DNA from: an uncultured Hormoscilla sp. | GTDB taxonomy: Bacteria > Cyanobacteriota > Cyanobacteriia > Cyanobacteriales > Desertifilaceae | Assembly: GCA_963921275.4 (NCBI GenBank) | Contig: OZ001293.3 | Span: 3,936,001 to 4,000,000, forward strand | Length of the DNA: 64,000 nucleotides | Direction: 5' to 3' | Shown here: piece by piece, positions 12,333 to 25,167 of the stretch | Layout of the letters: the number at the start of each line of letters is the position of its first letter | Position numbering within the stretch: the stretch's first letter is position 1 | Notes under the pieces: model-generated | Told to the model about the DNA's origin: nothing | Databases searched by the model: none | Seen by the model: only the letters and a program-made list of their open reading frames with translations | Position numbers and translations under genes: made by a program

Positions 12333-14181
12333 TTGAGAATTGAAAATAGAGAATTGTCATTAACAATAAACCCTTAACAATTAACTTCAAATTAATCCTG
12401 GAATAACAACACAAACTTGATTGTTAAATATTTCCATATTTTTTCGATCCTTTTCATCGAAACTGGTTTGGAAGTAGTCGGGAACTTGACCATTTCTGTA
12501 AGCAGATTTATCTTTACCGATATCCCCTGGTTTGCGCTTGTTAACTAATTGGGTTACAGCTAGTAACTCGCCATCAGAACCTAATACTGGCATGCATAGT
12601 AGGCTACAAGTGCGATAACCTGTTTTGCGATCGGTCTTTTTAGCGATTTCGGAGTCGGGATGCTGATAGAGGTAAAAGGGAATATTTAAGGGCTGACCAG
12701 TTGCAGCTACTTGGCCGACAAATCCTTCCTCGATCAGGACTCGTGTTTCCATCCAAGAACCATCCAGTTGGGGGATTTTTGTCCACAATTCGTTGGTATG
12801 ATAATCTACTAGCCACAGGGTGCTGCGATCTGCATTTGTAAGTTTTTTCACTGCTTGCATGACTTTTTCGATCATTTCTTCAGGACTATTGCTCTGGTGG
12901 ACTAAGCTGATGGCTTGATAAAGTGGATCTATTGCTTGTTGTTGCTCGGCAATGGTGCGGAGCTGTCAATGGAAGGATTGACAGGCTTGCAGAATCGGTA
13001 AAATTGAGTTAGCACATTGTCTCAATTTATCCGCGTCTGCTTGGGTAAAACCTTGGGGGTCAATGCGTTTTGATAAGGAGGCGCTGGAGACCGATTTTAA
13101 TTTGTTCAGAAACCGGATAATTGCTACTAGGTTCCCTTGCAGATCGAAGATGGGAAATAATAACAGATTCTGAATAGGATATCTAATTCATGTTTGGATT
13201 AAACGAGCGTTCAAATGGCTCAGCAGGTTGATGGCTTTTTTATATTTAGATAAGACAAAGATCCGGGCTATCCCTTTATTAGCCGGAATTCTGATCTCTT
13301 TGGCTTTACTAGCTTCTTCATCTTCTGGGAGCAAGCACCAAAGTTCCTTATCTTCTGCATGCAAGAGGAAAATTGTTGTGTGGTCAACTCCCAATAGCTT
13401 CCCTAGTGATAAACTAACAAAGTTGAGCATGTAGGAGAGGGGATTGTAGATATCCTCGTCTGAGGGGTTGATTACAGCTTCGCTGAGGATGGCTAGGGTT
13501 TGATGCACGGCTTCTTTGGGTTCAATTTGGGCTAGTTGCTTCAGGTTTTCATGGGTTTTGATGAACTGGAGGATGACGCCGACGCGATCGTTGAAGACTT
13601 GCATTGACTGTCGATCGTTCTTGTCAAAGCTGGCTTTGAAGTACTCGGGAACGCGAGGCCAGTCTTCCCTGCGGTATTCACCGAAATTACCAGGTTTTCT
13701 TTTGTTGACTAATTGAGTGATGCCCAGTAACTCGCCCTCGGGATTTAAAATTGGCATGCACAGGAGGCTACGGGTACGATAACATGTTTGAGCGTCTGTT
13801 TTTTTGGCGTTCTCGGCGTCGGGATGTTCGTAGAGGTCGAAGGGGATAATCATTGCTTGGCGTTCTGCTGCCACTTTGCCAACAAAACCGACTCCGTACT
13901 GGCATCGCACTTCCCCTTTCCCTGGCAGTTCTGTCCAGAGATCTCCCCGATCGCGGTCTACTAACCAGAGGGTACTGCGATCGGCGTTCATCAGTTTCTT
14001 GGCCGCATTCATCACCCGTTGCAATATTGCTTTAGTATCTAAATTGATCTGGTCTAGGGAACGGGTAGCTTCTGCCAGGGCCGCTGTGGCTCGTAGTTTC
14101 TTGCTAGCCAAGGGAGAAGATTGGCAGCTTTCCAGAATGCGTTGAATTGGCTCGACACATTTTGCTAATCTTTCTAGGTCT

Positions 14182-15052
14182 GTGCGATTCGTTCTAGCCT
14201 AACGTGGTCAAACACGGAACGCTAGCCCGGTTTCATTAGCCGGGAACTCTGACCGCATGGGGGTTAAATTCCCCTCCCCCCAGGTACGGGGGTGACACCG
14301 GTCCTCGGTGCTACGAAGCGACATCATCGTGGTGCTAAGCGAGGACTCAAATGTAGGATAACTGGCAGCCTAAGCCGGTGACGCCGCTAGGAAAGATATC
14401 CAAGGTTAGAGCAGGCAAACATGTGCAAGCCTCGTTATAAGGAACCAGCGAAATAAGGCTATATGCGCTGGCCTAAAAAGGAAATGGTAGCTAGTATTAG
14501 TTTTAGACTCTGGCTAATATAGTACTCAAATAGCTCCCGGGGTATAGTGTGGACCTAAAGGTATCGCGAAATGTTGTTAGGGAACGAAGTAACCTCTTGT
14601 GTGCTGTCCATCAGGACAAGTTAGATGTTAAGCGCAAGCCACGGGGGGAGGGATGGCCCAAGAAGCGAATGCCCGGGGTAATTCCTGGGATAACATCTAC
14701 AGTAATGTAGATGATGCTGGGTAGCCAGCGCTGACGTGGGTCGGTGATACTAGGAAGCTGCTGGAATGAGTAATCCTAAAAAGCCACGGAACTAATCCGA
14801 AACGCAAGTGGAGGATAAGGTATGGATAACTGGTAAAACTGACTTGAAAATGGTGATACTAACGGTTATCAGAACAACCACTCGCTAAACCAGGAAAGAG
14901 AAGAAAAGACAGGCGGCAAGGGCTAACGGAAGTAATTCCTATTAAGTCTACCTATGAAAAGGGCCTAGTACCCAGTAGCCGGATGCGGTGAAAATCGCAA
15001 GTCCGGTTCCTCAAGGGAGGGTCGGGAAGCGATTCCCGGCTCGACCCCATCC
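14182..15052 (+). mobile_element. ORF-less group II intron, family A copy 2 (871 nt), antisense in the GAF gene
   Basis: GTGCGATTCGTT...D5...GACCCCATCC. Removal gives host frame GFSRL-DLERLAK. Confidence 0.93.
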
Positions 15053-15434
15053 AGTCTGCTAAAACCTTTTTGATGCTCGTGCTGCTTCTTTTCCGGTAAT
15101 TTGTTCAGTAACTGGATCGCGGCGATTACTTCCTGGCCGTCGTCCAGGATGGGAAATGTGTTGATAAATTCTGATTCACTCTGCTCCTTCTCTCCCTTGA
15201 CTTTTCTGTAGGCTTTTTCGACCAAATCAAGATCGAATACATACTCGTAAATTAAGTTGTGGACCTTTAAGAAGCCGTGCTCTTTGACTACTAAACCTAA
15301 CAGCCGCAGTTCCGTCTGTTCTGCACTTTCATTGGCTACTATGAATCCTTCTTGCAAAATTTTTTGATAGAGTTTTAATAGCTGAATGTTGCGCGGCTTC
15401 GGCTCTTAGAGCGGATCACGGATATTCTGCAAAG

Positions 15435-15544
15435 GGCGTTGCACAATTACGGGATGGGTCTCTTTGCATAAGTTTTAAACCTATACTATAAGCCACTTTT
15501 AGTTATGTGCAAACAATGGCATCATCCCCAAAATGTGCAACGCC
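15435..15544. mobile_element. MITE (110 bp) with 8-bp target duplication
   Basis: Ends GGCGTTGCACAATTACGGGATG / CATCCCCAAAATGTGCAACGCC. CTGCAAAG at 15427-15434 and 15545-15552. Confidence 0.85.
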
Positions 15545-16090
15545 CTGCAAAGGTTTTAGTTCGGGGTTTTGCTCCCAATTGGCTAGCAGGCGCGATCGCA
15601 CCATTTATTCTACCCATTCAGTTTCTCTGCCTGCTGGGGGAGAGTCGGAAACTTCTACTATCATCTGAAACAGCTTCTGGGTCAGGAAGGGCTGTCCTCC
15701 AGTACATTTTAACACTGCTGCGAGCAAATTTTTGTAGTTATGAGATTTTTCTTTTAATCTCATTGCTAGTAGTACGCCGCTATTCGGCTCGGCCTGCATC
15801 GGAGATGATGAATTTGTTGAAACCATAGTGCAACCTGATATTATAATATGGGGGTGAATACCGCTGTAGTTCCCTCAAACCACAAGTATAGCACCCATAC
15901 TGGAGACGCGATCGCCTCTGGTGGCTAGAGATTGCGCAGCGCGTCCCGTAAGGGATACGACTAACCCGATAGAGGAGATTAGAGAGTATAAAGAGTAACG
16001 GATCCTTACTGATGAACCTCGGTCAAGACACCAGTACCATTCTAAAGGAAATCAGGATCTTTTAATTGCTAACTTCTCAAGGAGAAAGGC

Positions 16091-17528
<1,438 letters not shown>

Positions 17529-17564
17529 TACCATAGCTGTTATTAACAAGGTGATTTTACCTCG

Positions 17565-18419
17565 ATGCCACAGATTCAAGGTACAACTAAATTGCTGGGG
17601 GTGATTGGTTATCCCGTGGAACATTCTTTGTCGCCTCTGATGCATAATGCGGCGATCGCCCACTTAAACCTAGATTACGTCTATTTGCCTTTCCCGATCG
17701 CGCGGTCAGATTTATCGGTGGCGATCGGGGGTTTTGGGGCTATTGGTTTGGTGGGCTTTAACATCACTATTCCCCACAAGCAGGCGATTATGCCTTTATT
17801 ATCGGAGATTTCGCCCGTAGCGCAAGCTGTGGGGGCAGTGAATACGGTGTGGCGCAAGTCTGGGGGTTGGTACGGTACGAATACAGATGTGGCTGGATTT
17901 ATTGCCCCCTTGCAAGATGATAACCGGGATTGGACTCAATGTATAGCTGTGATTTTAGGTAATGGCGGTGCTGCGAGGGCGGTGGTGGCGGGTTGCATGC
18001 AGCTGGGTTTAGGGGAAATTCATGTAGTGGGGCGATCGCCGCAGAAGTTAGCAGAATTTAAGAGCAGTTGGGATAGTCCCCTACAGATTCACCCTTGGGA
18101 AAAGTTACCAGAATTACTGCGATCTGCATCACTTTTGGTGAATACAACTCCCATTGGCATGTATCCCCATGTGGATGAGTCTCCGGTGTCCGCAGAGGTG
18201 ATGGCCAAATTGCCGGAGGGGGCGATCGCCTATGATTTAATCTACACGCCTAATCCTACGCTGTTCCTGCAACAGGCGCAAGCTGTCGGGGCGCGGGCGA
18301 TCGATGGATTAGAGATGTTGATACAGCAAGGAGGAGCAGCTTTACAGATGTGGTTACAGCAACCGGTCCCGGTAGATATAATGAGGCAATCTTTGTGGCA
18401 GAAATTGGGACGAACTTGA
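17565..18419 (+). CDS. aroE: Shikimate dehydrogenase
   Basis: GYPVEHSLSPLMHN, GFNITIPHK, GAVNT, NTDVAGF, LGNGGAARA, DGLEMLIQQG. Confidence 0.95.
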   Translation: MPQIQGTTKLLGVIGYPVEHSLSPLMHNAAIAHLNLDYVYLPFPIARSDLSVAIGGFGAIGLVGFNITIPHKQAIMPLLSEISPVAQAVGAVNTVWRKSGGWYGTNTDVAGFIAPLQDDNRDWTQCIAVILGNGGAARAVVAGCMQLGLGEIHVVGRSPQKLAEFKSSWDSPLQIHPWEKLPELLRSASLLVNTTPIGMYPHVDESPVSAEVMAKLPEGAIAYDLIYTPNPTLFLQQAQAVGARAIDGLEMLIQQGGAALQMWLQQPVPVDIMRQSLWQKLGRT

Positions 18420-18512
18420 TATTATATTTCCGTAGTGCTTCGGGGTTCGTAGTAAGCACGAAGCGTGCTTCCCAGGCGCGAAAGCGCCTGGAAACTAGGA
18501 GACTCCGGACAG

Positions 18513-19812
18513 CTATTCTACCAAATGTACCCAATCAAAAGTTGCTTGCACTGCTCGAAATAGCCGCCTATCTGCCGTCCAAAATTGAGCTGACAGTTGT
18601 TCGGACAAAGCCAGATAATGAGCATCATAGGTAGCTGGCAGTCGTAAGCTGCTCGCCAAGTTCAAAGCACGCAGATGCATGGCTACATCGCCGTAGAGGG
18701 TGATATCCAAACTCAAAGCTGTTTCCAGGGCTTGAGATGCCCTTTCTGGTCGCAGTTCCCCTGCAACAATTAAGCGATGCAGGGCATTGCTAACTTCGTA
18801 GTAAATCAAAGTTGGTGCGACTACTTTGTACTCTGATTCTTCCCACTGAGTCCACAACTGCTTGTAAGGAGAATCTGGCGATTCTATGGACACCAGACCC
18901 ACAACAACATTGGATGGGGTCGAGCCGGGAATCGCTTCCCGACCCTCCCTTGAGGAACCGGACTTGCGATTTTCACCGCATCCGGCTACTGGGTACTAGG
19001 CCCTTTTCATAGGTAGACTTAATAGGAATTACTTCCGTTAGCCCTTGCCGCCTGTCTTTTCTTCCCTTTCCTGGTTTAGCGAGTGGTTGTTCTGATAACC
19101 GTTAGTATCACCATTTTCAAGTCAGTTTTACCAGTTATCCATACCTTATCCTCCACTTGCGTTTCGGATTAGTTCCGTGGCTTTTTAGGATTACTCATTC
19201 CAGCAGCTTCCTAGTATCACCGACCCACGTCAGCGCTGGCTACCCAGCATCATCTACATTACTGTAGATGTTATCCCAGGAATTACCCCGGGCATTCGCT
19301 TCTTGGGCCATCCCTCCCCCCGTGGCTTGCGCTTAACATCTAACTTGTCCTGATGGACAGCACACGAGAGGTTACTTCGTTCCCTAACAACATTTCGCGA
19401 TACCTTTAGGTCCACACTATACCCCGGGAGCTATTTGAGTACTATATTAGCCAGAGTCTAAAACTAATACTAGCTACCATTTCCTTTTTAGGCCAGCGCA
19501 TATAGCCTTATTTCGCTGGTTCCTTATAACGAGGCTTGCACATGTTTGCCTGCTCTAACCTTGGATATCTTTCCTAGCGGCGTCACCGGCTTAGGCTGCC
19601 AGTTATCCTACATTTGAGTCCTCGCTTAGCACCACGATGATGTCGCTTCGTAGCACCGAGGACCGGTGTCACCCCCGTACCTGGGGGGAGGGGAATTTAA
19701 CCCCCATGCGGTCAGAGTTCCCGGCTAATGAAACCGGGCTAGCGTTCCGTGTTTGACCACGTTAGGCTAGAACGAATCGCACAGCATCAATACAGATTAG
19801 ACCTGCTGTCAT
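18513..19812 (-). CDS. PIN-domain (VapC-like) toxin split by a sense group II intron (exons 19812-19783 and 18911-18513; 142 aa)
   Basis: Joined frame MTAGLICIDA-NVVVGLV...APTLIYYEVSNAL...YDAHYLALSE...FWTADRRL carries the PIN acidic residues. The ATG overlaps the antitoxin TGA. Confidence 0.88.
18912..19782 (-). mobile_element. ORF-less group II intron, family A copy 3 (871 nt)
   Basis: Near-identical to the other family A copies, with the same termini, D5 and D6. Confidence 0.93.
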
Positions 19813-20105
19813 TTTTTTTCAGACTCCCCAAAGCAAGCTTGCAAAATTTGTTCAGTGCGTTCCTCTCGCATTTGATGGATGATTTCAGCAATTGGGGGAT
19901 TGAATGGTTTCCCCCCACGGTCTTCTCTGATTTGAGCTTGTAACTCATCAATCTGTTTCAGGGTTTCCCGCCAGTTTTTCTTGCGGTTAAGTTTCTCTTC
20001 CAGCAGTTCCCTTTCCTCTTTGGAGAGGGAAAGGATTACTTGCACGAGGGATTCTACTAGAGGCACGTTTATGGTGACTGTTTTCTCTTCTATTGACGAT
20101 GACAT
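19809..20105 (-). CDS. Putative antitoxin
   Basis: 98-aa ORF directly upstream of and overlapping the PIN gene, with an IIHQMREER-type tail. Confidence 0.7.
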   Translation of the reverse strand: MSSSIEEKTVTINVPLVESLVQVILSLSKEERELLEEKLNRKKNWRETLKQIDELQAQIREDRGGKPFNPPIAEIIHQMREERTEQILQACFGESEKK

Positions 20106-20313
20106 CGCTCTATTTCTGCAATCTTGTCTTCTCTATTGTAGCACTATATTCTGAAGAATGGGAAAAATTTATTATGGGGATATGGAATCTGCTTAATATC
20201 CCAGGTTAATTAATTAATAATTTACAGATTGATGTAAATTTACTTGTCCGAGACAATTGACAGATTCAAGATAGATGAATATCATAGGGAATAGCAGTTA
20301 AGCAAAGAGAAAT

Positions 20314-20532
20314 ATGGAAGAGGAAATTCAAGCAATAAAGGCAAATTGGCACAGAAGCACTGACAAACGAACCGATAAAAATGATGCAAAAAGGAAATCC
20401 AAACGCTGTTCGGGATACGATCAAACCTTGCATGACATCGGTTTGGCGGAAATAGGCGAATGGACCCCCATGCAACCTACCCAAAATGAGGGTGAAGTGA
20501 TTAGCATTCTCTGTCGTAAAATCGTGATGTAA
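20314..20532 (+). CDS. Small hypothetical protein
   Basis: ATG ORF after an AT-rich region; no recognised family. Confidence 0.35.
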   Translation: MEEEIQAIKANWHRSTDKRTDKNDAKRKSKRCSGYDQTLHDIGLAEIGEWTPMQPTQNEGEVISILCRKIVM

Positions 20533-21336
20533 TAGGACGCGACGCTCACCGTTGGTGGTAAGACACACTTTACGGCCGTTGGTAGTAAGGCAGACTTTAC
20601 GGCTTACCGGTAGTCCTAATCTAGTGTTTAGATTGCCATGCAATACAAGGTAGTGTAGCTAAGCGTTAATTAATGACCAGCATGCCGCATGCGCGGCGCT
20701 CCATCTCCACCTAATTTCAAGCACTGGTAACCGATCACCAATCGCTGACAGTAGAGGCAGGGCGTCAGCGGGAGTTTGAGATGCATGCTGCACCTTGGGA
20801 AATTCTGCTGCGGACTCCCGCTGGTGGCTGTCCGCACGGGCGATCGCCTGGAAACCCTGTTGGACTACCGGTGACTGCCTGCTGTTTGAGAAAGGCGATC
20901 GCCTTTCTGACTGGCACCAGAAGAAATTTCCCGCGAAAAAGTTGAGAGTTGGGCAGATAACTCGATAGAGGGGGCTAAGGGGTGTGCTGTTCGTAGTTCG
21001 TAGTTAGGGTACAATATACGTAATCATAGGGGTTTGAGGAATTTTGAACAAGACCTTAGATCGGGGTTTGAGTAACTGTCGAACTGACGTCGGTCAAGTA
21101 GAAGCACTTAACCGGGTTTCTCATCAGGCTATCAAGGAGAAATCAATACTTTAACCGTAGAAACCCGGTTTCACAAACCAAGCTCTAGACCGAACTCCAT
21201 GAGACGAGATTTGGCTCTCGATGAAACACCGTCCAGAAGGGGATATCAATTAATATCTGCCAGTGACGACCGAGCTTAATTTTGTCCTGTCTTCACTGAG
21301 TCCGGCCTGCATATATTTATTCTGGCCTCCGATTTT

Positions 21337-21620
21337 ACTCCAGCCAAGGAGGTGCTTACTCCGGCCAAGGAGGCTCCCGCTCCAGCCAATGAGGCTCCCG
21401 CTCTGGCCAAGGAGACTCCCGCTCCGGCCAAGGAGTTACTCAGCTTCCTTTTGGTAATGTTGTTTCAAGTCAAAGCGACACTTTGTCCCGCCACCGAATG
21501 ACTCTCGTACTCGGTGGAATGACTCTTGTACTCCAGGAACTGAACAGTTACTCCTGGGAATGACTGAATTTTCCAGGGAATGACTTCCTCACTCCAGGGA
21601 GTGAGGAAGTCATTCCAGGA
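21337..21620. repeat. Degenerate 21-nt tandem repeats (two blocks)
   Basis: CTCC(A/G)GCCAAGGAG units, then GAATGACT...CTCCAGG units, period about 21. Confidence 0.75.
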
Positions 21621-21965
21621 TAAAATATCTCTATCGTTAAAGGGCGTGAGCCCTGGCAGCGACCTTTTCAGCCAACGCCATTTAGGGAGAAGGAGCCCCC
21701 TCAATTGCCACGGGGGGGTTTGGGGGGCTCCTTGTGCAACTAATGCATGACCACACCCGTTGCCAGATATCAGAAAAATACCTTTTATAAACCCAACGGG
21801 TTTTGACCGCCCCCCCCTACCTCAAACACGCATATCAATGCTGGCGATCGGCTGGTGGCTGTTGGTGGAAATCGGCAGTGCTAGCGCTGTCGTTGGCTCT
21901 GGCAAGGATAAGACTGTACTATGATAGGACTGTACTATAAGGTATCGCCAGGAGTCGATAAGGTG

Positions 21966-22641
21966 ATGGAAGCTAAGCAAAATAAAGAATATGCGGGTTT
22001 TGGGAAAAGGTTGAGAGCAGCCATAATTTATGGAATCATCATCAATATAGGAGCTTATATCATTAATATAGGAGCTTCTAGCATTGGCTTCGGATGGGTT
22101 TCCGAGCTTGGGAGTACAGCGGAGGGCCAAGGCCTGCACTTGAGTTATGTAATTTGGGAACAATACTCCGGACAGTTTTTAGACCCTATTTCGACCACAA
22201 CACAAGGGTTGCAGCCCTTCGCGCCTTATTTTTTTCAATGTCTGCTCGATGTCTCCCCTTTTGTGCGAGTAGCGCTCCCAGGAGACATCGAACCCAGGGC
22301 TAACTTGCCTAAATTGCTCTATCGAGCAAAGGCTGACGCTGCGATGCGCGACAAGGGGTACGGCGAGTAGCGCGACACCCCGACGGCATCGCAAGGCTTG
22401 CAGCTACGTACAGCCAAAACGGTCCGGACTATTGTTGGGAAGAGAACGGAGTCATTCCCATTCTAGCGGTAGAGGTAGTATCGAAAACCCCAGGGGCGAG
22501 TACAAGGGCAAAAAAAAAGAATATGCCCGCTTGGGAGTGAAATACTATATTATTTATGCCCCGCGCCGCCGTCTAAGACCTCGCCTAACTGTTTACAGTC
22601 TGGAAAACGGAAAACAGATATCTGGCACCAGTCTCAATTAG
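21966..22641 (+). pseudogene. Scrambled remnants: RDD-family N-terminus and Uma2 fragments
   Basis: EYAGFGKRLRAAII (RDD-like), SYVIWE, and LAVEVVS..GEYKGKKKEYARLGVKYYIIY (Uma2-like), interrupted by hairpin repeats. Confidence 0.55.
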
Positions 22642-22687
22642 CGCTAAGCTAAGGAAATAGACCAACAAAAATCCCACCAACACCGCT

Positions 22688-23122
22688 ATGATAAAGCGAG
22701 TCATCATCCTCATATCAAGCCTATTGCTCCTAACCAGCTGGACCGCCCCCGCCTTAGCACTCGTGCCCATTAAACTAACCGACCTATCATACCACGAATG
22801 CCCAGCAGAACCGGAGTCAGACAACCTTACCACCAGTGACGGTTCTGGCAGTGCCGCCAATTGCTATATCGTCACTGGTACAGCTATTAACAAATCCCGC
22901 AAAACTGTCTATGATGCTGATATTCACGGTCGCATCTTCGACGCCAACAATAATTCTGTCCTGCCCAACCGGACTCGTCTAGGTTCGATCGAGGAGGTTC
23001 CCGCAGGAGAAAGCAAGTTTGAACTACAGATATCAGTACCTGCCAATTTAGCAACTCCCCTGAAGTTGAAACAGTTCAAAGCATCCGGTTTCCGCAGCCG
23101 AGTCACCCTCCATTTCGATTAA
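22688..23122 (+). CDS. Exported hypothetical protein
   Basis: Signal peptide ending PALA; CYIVTGTAINKS..VYDADIHGRIFDAN. Confidence 0.8.
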   Translation: MIKRVIILISSLLLLTSWTAPALALVPIKLTDLSYHECPAEPESDNLTTSDGSGSAANCYIVTGTAINKSRKTVYDADIHGRIFDANNNSVLPNRTRLGSIEEVPAGESKFELQISVPANLATPLKLKQFKASGFRSRVTLHFD

Positions 23123-23217
23123 ACCATAGGAGCATCATACCCGAGCGACTGAAGTGACCGCCGGCACAATCAGCTGGAGATTAATATGTAGGGGCGCATC
23201 AAAGGGGCAACTATCTC

Positions 23218-23342
23218 GCTGTATCCTGGTCGCTCGATGTTCCCCGGGAGCTTGATGTCCCCCGGACGCATGACGAAAACCCGGGGGACATCATAATCGC
23301 ACTACCCGGGGAACATCGTACTCGCACTACCCAGGATACAGC
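23218..23342. repeat. Triple-nested hairpin repeat
   Basis: Three concentric arm pairs, separated on the 3' side by TCGCACTA spacers. Confidence 0.8.
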
Positions 23343-23380
23343 GCCCAATGATACGGCGACTTTACCCTCACGACAAAGAA

Positions 23381-23653
23381 CTAGAAAGCTATGGCTCTTG
23401 GTAATATGCTCATCACCACTCCTTGGATAAACTGGAGGAGAAAAATAGCCAGGATCGGGGAAATATCAATACCACCTATAGGCGGAATGACGGAACGGAA
23501 CAGGTTCAGATAAGGGTCCGTTAACTGGCTGAGGATAGAAAAGGGTGGGTCAAACCAGTTAATATTGGGGAACCAGCTTAACAGGATCCGAATAATCAGC
23601 AGCACAAAATAGATTTGCAGAAAACTGCTAATTGTGGTAATCAGTAAATACAT
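23381..23653 (-). CDS. YggT/YlmG family membrane protein
   Basis: IRILLSWFPN..LTDPYLNLFRSVIPPIGGIDISPI. Confidence 0.92.
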   Translation of the reverse strand: MYLLITTISSFLQIYFVLLIIRILLSWFPNINWFDPPFSILSQLTDPYLNLFRSVIPPIGGIDISPILAIFLLQFIQGVVMSILPRAIAF

Positions 23654-23763
23654 AGGAGTATTGTGGGTTTCTTGTGACTAGACGGTAGTTGGACTATCTC
23701 TAATTTAACAGAGTCTGAGCCGATCGGCTCAGACTGCTGGCGCGAGATTAACTGTCTCGGGTG

Positions 23764-24123
23764 TTAAAACACCTCTCCATTGGTAGGTCGGCCCGATATC
23801 TCTTGGCCCCCCTTGCCGTTAGCATTGACATGACCCAGTTGCAGGCGGACATCGTCGATCGCCTCATTGAGTTGAGCAATTTTCTCATCCAGACCCTGAC
23901 GTGCAGCTTCCATTCGATATTCATCTGGACTGTGCAGTTTGCGCCTAGAAGGTTTACGGGGTAATGCTTCGGGACTATTTTGCTCGGCTTCCGACAACTG
24001 TGACAAGGCATCAAGATCCCACCGGGAAACTAATAGCGCCCCCACAACGCCACCGAGGATACCACCGACCACCGATCCCAGAAGAAAGCCGCTGGAAAAA
24101 TTATCTTGCTGATTCATTTTCAT
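23764..24123 (-). CDS. Hypothetical protein (glycine-rich TM segment plus coiled coil)
   Basis: DNFSSGFLLGSVVGGILGGVVGALL ... EAARQGLDEKIAQLNEAIDDVR, between upp and the YggT gene. Confidence 0.8.
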   Translation of the reverse strand: MKMNQQDNFSSGFLLGSVVGGILGGVVGALLVSRWDLDALSQLSEAEQNSPEALPRKPSRRKLHSPDEYRMEAARQGLDEKIAQLNEAIDDVRLQLGHVNANGKGGQEISGRPTNGEVF

Positions 24124-24314
24124 ACTAGGCAATGCTATGTATTTAGGATAACCACTCACTGGCCGATCGGCCAAATCAGCTGGGATCATCTCAATGCCAG
24201 AATTAAGAATTATACTCCGAACGGTCAGAAACTGCGGATAAGAGGGCAGTAATGATACTTTCGCACCCTTTCATAAGAAACCCGGTTTTTAGGCGATCGG
24301 CCCGTCATCCGTTT

Positions 24315-24968
24315 TTAATCGGTGCCAAACGCCCGATCGCCCGCATCCCCCAGTCCCGGGACAATATAGCCCCGATCGTTCAAACCCTCATCAATACAAG
24401 CGCTGTAAAGCTGTAAACTGGGATAAGCACCAGACAGCTTTTGTAAAGCGGTCGGTGCGGCCACCACAGAAATAATCCGCACCAAAGCCGGATCCGCGCC
24501 TCGCTGGGTCAGTTCAGTCATGGCATACATGATCGAATCCCCCGTCGCTAACATCGGTTCGCAGATCAGCACCCGGGTTTGAGGGGCGATCTTCTCTGGT
24601 AACTTACTTAAGTAGCAGCTTGGCAGCAAAGTTTCCTCATTCCGGGCCAAACCCAGATGGTAAACCGAGGCCAAAGGCAGCAAAGCTTGGGCCCCATCTA
24701 GCAAACCCAACCCAGCCCGGAGGATGGGCACCACTGCTACTGGCACCTCGGGATTAATAAAAGTAGCAGGACATTCCCTCAAAGGGGTCTGCACCGTAGT
24801 TTCCACGGTCACCAACCAATCTCGGGCCGCCTCATAAGTCAGCCAGCGCCCCAGTTCTGTCAGGGCCGTTCTAAATAGTACAGAGGGGGTATGGCGATCG
24901 CGGGCCACAGCCAGCCAATGCTTAATTACAGGATGGGGAGGGACGAAAACACGCAGTTGCAGACTCAT
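24315..24968 (-). CDS. upp: Uracil phosphoribosyltransferase
   Basis: PHPVIKHWL, VPILRAGLG, PMLATG, YIVPGLGDAGDR. Confidence 0.93.
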   Translation of the reverse strand: MSLQLRVFVPPHPVIKHWLAVARDRHTPSVLFRTALTELGRWLTYEAARDWLVTVETTVQTPLRECPATFINPEVPVAVVPILRAGLGLLDGAQALLPLASVYHLGLARNEETLLPSCYLSKLPEKIAPQTRVLICEPMLATGDSIMYAMTELTQRGADPALVRIISVVAAPTALQKLSGAYPSLQLYSACIDEGLNDRGYIVPGLGDAGDRAFGTD

Positions 24969-25167
24969 GATGCCTAGGATATGACCTATCTGCACCATCA
25001 TACCGCATTATTGAAAATTGAGAATTGAAAATTGACCACTGACAGTTCAAATAAAGAAAGTCATCTGGAAACGAGCACAAGAATCTGGTATCATATCTAG
25101 GCGTTTTGCGGGATCTTAGCAGAGTCCGCCGGATGGAATATACCTCAAATCTCATACCACCTTGCCC

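Larger units (their letters stand above)
12387..15826 (-). pseudogene. AAA-like / multi-GAF domain sensor protein, fragmented
   Basis: CTGGQPFLTQKL (AAA-like tail) and repeated NADRSTLWLVD...SLLCMP..QLVNK GAF motifs. Stops and frameshifts, plus interruption by intron A2 (antisense) and a MITE. Confidence 0.85.

Noticed and set aside
20710..20900. Possible CHAT-domain remnant (APWEIL)
   Set aside because: A single short motif without a start or supporting context.
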